In this document: positions 17,985 to 24,940 of the stretch, in pieces
Layout of the letters: each line of letters begins with the position of its first letter
Position numbering within the stretch: position 1 is the stretch's first letter
Origin: Patescibacteria group bacterium
GTDB taxonomy: Bacteria > Patescibacteriota > Minisyncoccia > Phycocordibacterales > UBA9973
Length of the DNA: 50,440 nt
Direction: 5' to 3'
NCBI GenBank assembly: GCA_040384805.1
Contig: JAZKIP010000010.1
Coordinates: 29,545 to 79,984, forward strand
Notes under the pieces: model-generated
What the model was told of the DNA's origin: nothing
The model's database searches: none
Seen by the model: the letters and a program-made list of their open reading frames with translations, nothing else
Translations under genes and position numbers: made by a program

Positions 17985-19646
17985 ATGATAGAAGAAATTC
18001 AAAAACAAAATAAGTTGATTGCGGTTTACGGAAGAGTATCAACTTCAAATCAAGAAAATGAAGGTACTATTGAGACCCAGCTTTCGGCTGTGAGAGAATT
18101 TGCTAAAGCACATGGTTATACCATAGTAAAAGAATACTTAGACGAGGGCTGGAGTGGTGATACTCTCGTAAGGCCATCTCTCGATCAGCTTCGTATAGAT
18201 GCAAAAAAGAAAGGTTGGGAAGCAGTCTTGATTTTTGACCCTGATAGATTAGCAAGACGTGGAGCATGGCAAGAAGTCGTAATAGAAGAATTAAAAGAAC
18301 TAGAGATTGATGTTCTCTTTGTTACTATTCCACAACCTAAAACAGATGAAGATAAGATTATGTATAAAATGAGAGGAGTATTCACCGAGTACGAGAGAAT
18401 GAAGATCAAAGAAAGATTTAGACTTGGAAAAGTTCGCAAAGCCAATGAAGGTCATATTATCTCTACAGAAGGGCCTTATGGTTATAATTTCATAACTAAG
18501 AAAGGGAAAAAAGGCGATGCAGATTTTCTAGAAAGTCATTATGAGATTAACGAATATGAATCACAAATTGTTAAAAACCTTTTTTCATGGGTAGCAGATG
18601 AAGGGCTAACCTTGCGTGCTATTGTTCGGAGACTTCAAGAATTAAATATACAGCCACGTAAGAGTAAAAGAGGTGTTTGGAATACGAGTACATTAAGCAC
18701 TCTTTTCAAAAACAAAACTTATATCGGAGAAGGTCACTATGGGGCCTCTTATGCCGTAGTACCAACAAATCCTTTGAAAAAAGAGGGATATAGAAAGATT
18801 AAAAAAACCAGTAGAAAGATGAAGCCAGAGAATGAATGGATCATTATTCCCACTCCTAAAATTATAGATGAAGATATCTTCATGAAAGTCGGACAACGTT
18901 TAAGATCAAATTTTGAACTTTCGTCTAGAAACACAAAGAACGAGTATCTGCTTAGTGGTAAAATATGGTGTGATTGTGGCAAAAGGCGTGCAGGAGAAGG
19001 CCCACAGCAGGGCAAGCATCTTTATTATCGGTGTACTGATCGAGTAAAGAGTTTTCCTCTACAACCTGAATGTAAAGAAAAAGGCTTAAATGCTAAGATC
19101 CTCGATCCACTAGTATGGCAAGGAGTTGCAAATCTTATGAGTTCTCCTGAATTACTTCTTAAGCAAGCAGAGCGTTGGCTAAATAATCAGAAAATGGGAA
19201 ACAAAACTTCAACAATAAATATTGAAGAAACAAAAAAAGAAATTGCTAAATTGAAAGATCAAGAGGATCGTTACACTAAAGCGTATGGAGCTGGCGTTAT
19301 TACCATAGACCAACTAAAAGAATACATCGCACCACTGAAAGAAAAAATATCATTGTTCAATAGTCAAATCAATAAAGCTCGATTAGAGACAGAACACATT
19401 GATGAAAGGCAATTACCAAAATTAAATGAAATAGAAGTATTTGCAGAAAAAGCATCAGAATTCTTAAAAGACTTGAAATTTAATGCTAAAAAGGCCATAA
19501 TCAACAATATTGTTGATAAAGTGGTCGGAACCAGAGAGAAATTACAAGTATATGGATATATTCCAGTAACATCATCAGATATTAATGTCTTCACTGAGTA
19601 TCGGCATCGTAGGACTTCCCAACGTCGGCAAATCGACGCTTTTTAA
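17985..19646 (+). CDS. large serine recombinase (integrase)
   Basis: 553 aa. The resolvase catalytic N-terminus is IAVYGRVSTSNQ...QL. A recombinase domain follows, then a zinc ribbon (CDCGKRR...YYRC) and a coiled coil. The last about 20 codons overlap the ychF start. Confidence 0.9.
   Translation: MIEEIQKQNKLIAVYGRVSTSNQENEGTIETQLSAVREFAKAHGYTIVKEYLDEGWSGDTLVRPSLDQLRIDAKKKGWEAVLIFDPDRLARRGAWQEVVIEELKELEIDVLFVTIPQPKTDEDKIMYKMRGVFTEYERMKIKERFRLGKVRKANEGHIISTEGPYGYNFITKKGKKGDADFLESHYEINEYESQIVKNLFSWVADEGLTLRAIVRRLQELNIQPRKSKRGVWNTSTLSTLFKNKTYIGEGHYGASYAVVPTNPLKKEGYRKIKKTSRKMKPENEWIIIPTPKIIDEDIFMKVGQRLRSNFELSSRNTKNEYLLSGKIWCDCGKRRAGEGPQQGKHLYYRCTDRVKSFPLQPECKEKGLNAKILDPLVWQGVANLMSSPELLLKQAERWLNNQKMGNKTSTINIEETKKEIAKLKDQEDRYTKAYGAGVITIDQLKEYIAPLKEKISLFNSQINKARLETEHIDERQLPKLNEIEVFAEKASEFLKDLKFNAKKAIINNIVDKVVGTREKLQVYGYIPVTSSDINVFTEYRHRRTSQRRQIDAF
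19585..19610 (+). repeat. attR-like junction: element-encoded replacement start of ychF
   Basis: ATGTCTTCACTGAGTATCGGCAT|CGTAGGACTT parallels 6452-6475. The proposed crossover dinucleotide is AT at 19606-19607. Confidence 0.6.
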
Positions 19647-20700
19647 TGCACTGACGAAAAAAGGCGTTCCCGCCGAGAATTATCCTTTCTGCACGATCGA
19701 TCCGTCAGTCGGAATTGTTCCTGTGCCTGATGAGCGCCTCTGGAAGCTTTCGGAATTCTCGAAATCCATAAAGACGATACCGGCTGTCATCGAATTCGTC
19801 GATATTGCGGGACTTGTGAAAGGGGCATCTGCGGGAGAGGGGCTTGGCAATAAATTCCTTGCCAATATCCGCGAAGTGGACGCGATTTTTGAAATGGTTA
19901 GAATATTCCCGCTTAAGACCGAGAAGGGAAATGAAATCATCCATGTCTATGGAGATATTGATCCATTGCGCGATATCGAAGTGATTAATCTTGAATTGAT
20001 CTTGGCGGATCTTGAAACTGTTACGAAAAGAAAGAATAATATCGTGCGAGATCTTAAAAAAGGCGATAAAGAGGCCGTTATTGAAGATGCTGCTCTTGAG
20101 AAACTTATGCAAGTATTTGAAAAAGGCGCGCTTGCCAATACTGTCGAATTGAATGAAAAAGAAATGGAGAAAGTGAAGATGCTCAATTTGCTGACACTCA
20201 AGCCTTTCGTGTATGGCCTCAACAAGCGAAGCGGAACGAAAAATCTCGATGAGATGAACCCGGAAGTATTTAAAGAATTAACAGACTATATAATAAGCAT
20301 GGGATCGCGCTACGTTGTTTTAGACGCCAAAATCGAAGAAGAATTAAAAGATTTCGAAGGCGAAGAAAAAGAAGTTTTCCGCAAGGAATTGGGCGGAGAC
20401 GATGACGGGATCAACAGCCTTATTTCCGAAGGATATAAGTTGCTCGGCCTTGATACGTATTTCACGACCGGGGAAGATGAGACGCGTGCATGGACTATCA
20501 AAACTGGCAGCACTGCGCCTGTTGCCGGCATGGCGATCCATACGGATTTCAAAGATAAATTTATCCGCGCGGAAGTCGTGTACTGGAAAGATCTTCTTGA
20601 TGCCGGATCATATGTCGACGCCCGATCCAAAGGCAAAGTACGGACGGAAGGGAAGGAATACATCGTTCGCGATGGGGATGTTATAGAATTCAAGATATGA
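19585..20700 (+). CDS. ychF: redox-regulated ATPase YchF (OLA1 family GTP/ATP-binding protein)
   Basis: 371 aa. IGIVGLPNVGKSTLFNALT, FCTIDP, DIAGLVKGAS, and the C-terminal TGS-like ...VRDGDVIEFKI. Confidence 0.95.
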   Translation: MSSLSIGIVGLPNVGKSTLFNALTKKGVPAENYPFCTIDPSVGIVPVPDERLWKLSEFSKSIKTIPAVIEFVDIAGLVKGASAGEGLGNKFLANIREVDAIFEMVRIFPLKTEKGNEIIHVYGDIDPLRDIEVINLELILADLETVTKRKNNIVRDLKKGDKEAVIEDAALEKLMQVFEKGALANTVELNEKEMEKVKMLNLLTLKPFVYGLNKRSGTKNLDEMNPEVFKELTDYIISMGSRYVVLDAKIEEELKDFEGEEKEVFRKELGGDDDGINSLISEGYKLLGLDTYFTTGEDETRAWTIKTGSTAPVAGMAIHTDFKDKFIRAEVVYWKDLLDAGSYVDARSKGKVRTEGKEYIVRDGDVIEFKI

Positions 20701-21440
20701 TAAAGCTTATTTCATTAAATATTGAAACGGATATTCATCATGAAAAAGTGGTGCCGTTTTTAAAACTTGAAAATCCTGACGTTGTTTGTTTGCAGGAAGT
20801 ATTTGAGAAAGATCTCTCATTGTATGAAGAAGCGCTCGGAATGAAAAGCTACTTTAAGCCGATGTCTGTTCATCCGTCTGTAAAAGATAAGGGAGCAACG
20901 AGTCATGTCGTAGGTATTGCAATTCTGACGAAATTCCCCGTCACGATGCATTATCATTATTATGCAGGCAATGAAAACAGTATCCCACACTGGGTCAGAT
21001 CTCCAGATCTTTATATTGCTCCTCACACGGCAAATCAATTAGTATTGTGGGTTGAAATGATGATAGAGGGAAAACTTTTCCGAATAGCAACCACTCATCT
21101 TCCGGTAACTCCACCTTTTGGCATCTCAACAGAGTATCAGCTTGATCAGGCACGAAAGATGCTTGAAATTCTCGCTCCGTTCGAAAGTCTCATCATCTGC
21201 GGCGATTTGAACGCTCCGCGAGGGAAAGAAACCTTTGCATTGTTCAGCGACAAATACATCGATCATGTCCCTCTTCGTTTTGATTCGAGCATCGATCCGG
21301 TGTATCACAAAAACCCTGTTCTTATCCTGATGGTTGACGGCCTTTTCAGCACGCCGGATTATGAAGTCAAAGACGTGGAACTCCGGCAGGGCCTGAGCGA
21401 TCATAAAGCTATTGTCGCGCATATTGGCAAGGTCAATTAA
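20697..21440 (+). CDS. endonuclease/exonuclease/phosphatase (EEP) family protein
   Basis: 247 aa. LISLNIE, VVCLQEV, GDLNAPRG, SDHKAI. The start overlaps the ychF stop (ATGA). Confidence 0.8.
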   Translation: MIKLISLNIETDIHHEKVVPFLKLENPDVVCLQEVFEKDLSLYEEALGMKSYFKPMSVHPSVKDKGATSHVVGIAILTKFPVTMHYHYYAGNENSIPHWVRSPDLYIAPHTANQLVLWVEMMIEGKLFRIATTHLPVTPPFGISTEYQLDQARKMLEILAPFESLIICGDLNAPRGKETFALFSDKYIDHVPLRFDSSIDPVYHKNPVLILMVDGLFSTPDYEVKDVELRQGLSDHKAIVAHIGKVN

Positions 21441-21502
21441 CCTTGTGATTTCATTACGTGTGGCATATTGACTTTTATTCTTAACTTTGGCATTATCTAC
21501 AC

Positions 21503-21634
21503 ATGAGCCACAGCAAGCAATCGTTTCTCTATTACTTTATCTTTCGATCCTACAATAGAGGGCTGTTATTTACGTTGGTGTAATTCTCCACAAACTTAAA
21601 AAACAGCCCTCTATATTAAAAAGGCTGTTTTTTA
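21503..21634 (+). promoter_or_regulatory. candidate leader-peptide attenuator (26-aa Phe/Tyr-rich ORF plus alternative hairpins and a terminator)
   Basis: ORF 21503-21583 reads MSHSKQSFLYYFIFRSYNRGLLFTLV. Segment 1 is ATAGAGGGCTGTT (21555-67). Segment 2 is AACAGCCCTCTAT (21602-14) and pairs with it over a perfect 13 bp. Segment 2' AAAAAACAGCC (21598-608) pairs with segment 3 GGCTGTTTTTT (21623-33), which looks like a terminator. TTGACT-17-CATTAT lies upstream (21469-21497). Confidence 0.35.
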
Positions 21635-21670
21635 AGTTAACCCATATTGTTCATTCAAAAAATCACAACA

Positions 21671-22027
21671 ATGCGAATTCTATTTTTAAGAGGAATTTTT
21701 TCCACGGACGAAAAAAATGCTTATCAAGGTCTGATTTGTTGGTGTCATTTTAGCAACAAAGATACCGAGGAAACAGTCAGAAAAGCAATTCCCCAAATCG
21801 TGTGCAGGAAAAAATGCAAGAAAAAAGAGGAGGAAGAGGCTATTATATTAGTACCATTCTCCGGTCTTGATGAAGCGACCCATACAATGCCTTTCGATGA
21901 TGCCTGTTCTTTATTTAGGACACTTGGTGAAAATCTTCCCGGGGCGATCACAACTCCATTCAACACAAGTACCGGTTTTAATCTTCAACTGCCCGGTAGC
22001 GCATATGTTGGCTTCATAGAAGTCTGA
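21671..22027 (+). CDS. hypothetical protein (weak resemblance to the archaeal-type ThrRS editing / DTD2-like fold)
   Basis: 118 aa from the ATG at 21671 (MRILFLRG...). IILVPFSGLDEAT and TTPFNTSTGF loosely recall the VYPFAHLS and PFGYYK motifs. This is from memory only. Confidence 0.4.
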   Translation: MRILFLRGIFSTDEKNAYQGLICWCHFSNKDTEETVRKAIPQIVCRKKCKKKEEEEAIILVPFSGLDEATHTMPFDDACSLFRTLGENLPGAITTPFNTSTGFNLQLPGSAYVGFIEV

Positions 22028-22093
22028 TTCTAAAAGTAATTTCATGAAATGGCGTCAATATTAAGACGCCATTTTTTATGCTATAATTTCTCC

Positions 22094-22423
22094 ATGGATC
22101 TTACACAGCAAAAATGCGTCCCGTGCGAAGGAGGAACAGAGCCGATGACCAAAGCAGATGCCGAAGCAATGCGTGAATATCATGTCAAAGACTGGATACT
22201 ATCTGCCGATGCGAAAAATATATCAAGGAAATTCGAATTCAAGGATTTTGCTGAAGCGCTCGATTTTGTAAATAAAGTAGGCGTGATCGCTGAAACTGAA
22301 GGTCACCACCCTGATATTCATCTTGCTGACTATAAATTTGTCACTGTCGATCTCTCGACTCATGCGATCGGCGGGCTATCTCAGAATGATTTTATTGTTG
22401 CGGCGAAAATAAATGTCTTGTAA
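22094..22423 (+). CDS. pterin-4-alpha-carbinolamine dehydratase (PCD/DCoH)
   Basis: CVPCEGGTEPM...W...L.R.F.FKDF..A..FVN.V...AE..GHHPDI...Y..V.V.L.TH...GLS.ND is the PCD signature. I chose the start at MDLTQQK (22094). Confidence 0.85.
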   Translation: MDLTQQKCVPCEGGTEPMTKADAEAMREYHVKDWILSADAKNISRKFEFKDFAEALDFVNKVGVIAETEGHHPDIHLADYKFVTVDLSTHAIGGLSQNDFIVAAKINVL

Positions 22424-22565
22424 TAATAAAAGTACGCACAATTAGCTCTTTTCGAAATGCACGAATATTTTCCTGCTGAAAAATTTCTCCGGCTCGAGCC
22501 GTCGCTCTTGTGCAGTCATTTCTTAAGGACTAATTCTGCTCCCTTTTATTTATTTTATTATTTAT

Positions 22566-23150
22566 ATGAAAAACGATTGGCGAAAAATTATTACTGTTTT
22601 GAAGAATGACGGCGTGGCGGTTATCCCGACTGACACTCTCTATGGAGTGGTGGGAAAAGCACTCTCTAAAAAAACCGTAGAACGTATTTACAAACTTAAG
22701 GGTCGCGATAAAAGCAAGCCGCTCATTGTTCTTATTTCATCATTCGACGATCTGAAAAAATTCAATATTACGTTGGAGCATAGGCAGTCAGAATTTCTAA
22801 AGACGATTTGGCCCGGGAAAGTAAGCGTCATAATGAGTGTTCCATCTGCACGATGGGAATATCTTCATCGGGGGACAAAAACGATCGCATTCCGCATGGT
22901 CGGACCGCGCAACAGGAACATATATCATCTCATCCGGACAGTCGGACCCCTCGTTGCTCCAAGCGCCAATCCGCAAGGGGAAGATCCTGCACGGACAATG
23001 CAAGAGGCCAAAAGATACTTTAGAGATATGGTCGATCTCTACGCATGTGGCGGAACACGCATGGCCAAGCCATCAACGCTTGTTGAATATAAGAACAATA
23101 CATTTACAATTCTTCGTCAAGGAGCGGTAAAGATAAAAGAGAAGAAGTAA
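22566..23150 (+). CDS. tsaC: L-threonylcarbamoyladenylate synthase (TsaC/YrdC/Sua5 family)
   Basis: 194 aa. VIPTDTLYGVVGKA, KGRDKSKPLIVLISS, IAFRMV, APSANPQGEDPA. Confidence 0.85.
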   Translation: MKNDWRKIITVLKNDGVAVIPTDTLYGVVGKALSKKTVERIYKLKGRDKSKPLIVLISSFDDLKKFNITLEHRQSEFLKTIWPGKVSVIMSVPSARWEYLHRGTKTIAFRMVGPRNRNIYHLIRTVGPLVAPSANPQGEDPARTMQEAKRYFRDMVDLYACGGTRMAKPSTLVEYKNNTFTILRQGAVKIKEKK

Positions 23151-23153
23151 TTA

Positions 23154-23696
23154 TTACTTCTTCTCTTTTGATTTTTTCAACTCTTCGATATCTGTCATGA
23201 GTTTGCCGAGAGTGTATTCGATTCGGGCAAGGACGATATCGCTGTCTTTTTTGATTGTCGGCTGTTCGTTTTCTTCCTCGCTTATTTCCTCTCCGATCTC
23301 AACGACATCCTCTTGAATCTCCTCCACGTCTTCCTGGATTTCATCGACATCTTTCTGGATCTCGTCGACGTCCTTTTCAATGCCTTCTACGTCTTCTTGG
23401 ATCTCTTCCACATTCTCCTGAATTTCTTCAACGTCGCGGGCGACAGCATACAGACGCCGCGCCTGACGGTTCATGCTCATTTGAATGAAGATAGAAAGAT
23501 AAATTGCCTCAAGAGAAACAACGGTCGTGACAACCAGAAGTATGGTATTAATTTCTACTCCCCAGAAGTATAAAACGAAAGCGACGATAAAAAGCGCGGT
23601 GTGTACTAATAGGGAATTAGTCGAGCCGATCCAGCGCGTGGCGCGTACGGCTATTTTCTCCACCGCATTCGCTGATCGTCGCTTGAGTTCTTTCAT
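23154..23696 (-). CDS. DUF1003-like membrane protein with an acidic heptad-repeat tail
   Basis: 180 aa. The 2-TM core LLVHTALFIVAFVLYFW...SLEAIYLSIFIQMSMNRQ is DUF1003-like. The C-terminus has (V/I)EEIQEDV repeats. Confidence 0.7.
   Translation of the reverse strand: MKELKRRSANAVEKIAVRATRWIGSTNSLLVHTALFIVAFVLYFWGVEINTILLVVTTVVSLEAIYLSIFIQMSMNRQARRLYAVARDVEEIQENVEEIQEDVEGIEKDVDEIQKDVDEIQEDVEEIQEDVVEIGEEISEEENEQPTIKKDSDIVLARIEYTLGKLMTDIEELKKSKEKK
23301..23426 (-). repeat. six tandem 21-nt (7-aa, EEIQEDV-like) in-frame repeats inside the DUF1003-like gene
   Basis: Units on the plus strand: aacgacatcctcttgaatctc / ctccacgtcttcctggatttc / atcgacatctttctggatctc / gtcgacgtccttttcaatgcc / ttctacgtcttcttggatctc / ttccacattctcctgaatttc. 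Confidence 0.8.
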
Positions 23697-23742
23697 AGTA
23701 GATATATTATAGCGTATCTTTTTGCTATACTCTATAGTATGG

Positions 23743-23864
23743 ATCCCGTTAGAGATGTGCTGTTATGAGCTAGCGGGAAGCATTATAATAAATATTGTCG
23801 TTTATTCTAATTATCATTTAACAAGATACGGAAGACTTAAAAGGCTTCCTATCTCTAACGGGAT
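23743..23864 (+). promoter_or_regulatory. perfect 14-bp long-range inverted repeat that encloses the 5' leader and overlaps the start codon of the 23863 gene
   Basis: ATCCCGTTAGAGAT (23743-56) and ATCTCTAACGGGAT (23851-64). The right arm ends in the AT of the ATG at 23863. Confidence 0.3.
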
Positions 23865-24879
23865 GGAAACACATCACGCGCAAAAAACATCATTAACACC
23901 TAAGTTCTTCTTTTTATCAGCCGGCCTTTTGGTCACTCTTATTGTAAGTGTCACGTCCGGTATTATTCTTTTCTTTGAATCGTTGAATATTAAATTCCCC
24001 GATGCTCTGACGGCGGTCTATCAATACGGATATAACAGCTACAATTACGAAGGAATGCGTGCAGCTCTTGCCACGCTTATCATTATCTTTCCCTTGTTTC
24101 TCGTTATTTCCTATTTCTGGAATAAGGAATCGCGAAAAAATATCGGATACAAGGATGCTACGCTTCGCAAATGGGTCATTTATCTCGTCCTCTTTCTTGC
24201 AAGTGTGGTTATTATTTCAGATCTTGTCACTCTTGTGCGCTATTTCGTATCGGGAGAAATAACGACCCGTTTTATTCTCAAAGTAGTGGGAGCATTCGTG
24301 ACCGCAGGTCTTGTCGGTTCATATTATATATTCGGGCTTCGTTCCTATGATAAAAGGCCGAAAGCGCTCTCACGCATCTATGGAGCTATTGGAAGCGCGC
24401 TCATCGTCGCACTCATTATCCTTTCATTTATGGCAATGGGAAGTCCGAAGGAGCAGCGTGCGTTGCGGTTCGATGATCGCCGCGTATCGGATCTCCAATC
24501 GATCCAGTACCAAGTGATCACTTATTGGCAGCAAAAAGAAAAACTACCTTCTGCGCTTTCCGATCTCTCGACTCCTCTTTCTAGCTATTCCGTTCCGCGC
24601 GATCCGGAATTTGACAAGGGAACAGGGTATGAATACCGCGCGATCGATGCTCTCTCATTTCAGCTCTGTGCGACTTTCGCCCGGGCGATGCCGGAAGGAT
24701 GGCAGGAATATTCCAAGGGAGGAGGCGTGCTGTCGATGCGAGACATGGCTCTCTCATCTTCGTCCTATCCGGGAAGTGGCATTAATGAGTCTTGGGATCA
24801 TGACAGAGGACGCACATGCTTCACACGCACGATTGACCGCGACATCTATCCTCCGTATCCTAAAATCCCGAAACAATAA
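23863..24879 (+). CDS. multi-pass membrane protein with a C-terminal soluble domain, hypothetical
   Basis: About 5 TM segments, then a soluble tail. I prefer the ATG at 23863 (METHHAQK) to the non-ATG start at 23722. Confidence 0.65.
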   Translation: METHHAQKTSLTPKFFFLSAGLLVTLIVSVTSGIILFFESLNIKFPDALTAVYQYGYNSYNYEGMRAALATLIIIFPLFLVISYFWNKESRKNIGYKDATLRKWVIYLVLFLASVVIISDLVTLVRYFVSGEITTRFILKVVGAFVTAGLVGSYYIFGLRSYDKRPKALSRIYGAIGSALIVALIILSFMAMGSPKEQRALRFDDRRVSDLQSIQYQVITYWQQKEKLPSALSDLSTPLSSYSVPRDPEFDKGTGYEYRAIDALSFQLCATFARAMPEGWQEYSKGGGVLSMRDMALSSSSYPGSGINESWDHDRGRTCFTRTIDRDIYPPYPKIPKQ

Positions 24880-24940
24880 AACCTTATATATCAAAAAACT
24901 CTCGATATATCGAGAGTTTTTTGATATAGTATGAAGACAT

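Larger units (their letters stand above)
6471..19607. mobile_element. Integrated element of about 13.1 kb (large serine recombinase type) inserted in the 5' end of ychF
   Basis: The duplicated ychF N-terminus marks both ends. The interior is AT-rich. An excisionase-like HTH gene plus a large serine recombinase sit at the right end. The element has its own primase/helicase and carries cargo genes. Confidence 0.7.

Noticed and set aside
19585-19646. Overlap of the serine recombinase 3' end with ychF, considered as a frameshift or assembly artefact
   Set aside because: Both frames are intact. The matching orphan ychF start at 6452 gives a coherent att-site explanation, so no error needs to be invoked.
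21647-21670. TTG start for the 21671 gene given by the ORF track
   Set aside because: The TTG lies immediately after the terminator-like hairpin. The ATG at 21671 (MRILFL) is the more conventional start. Either choice leaves the gene call low-confidence.
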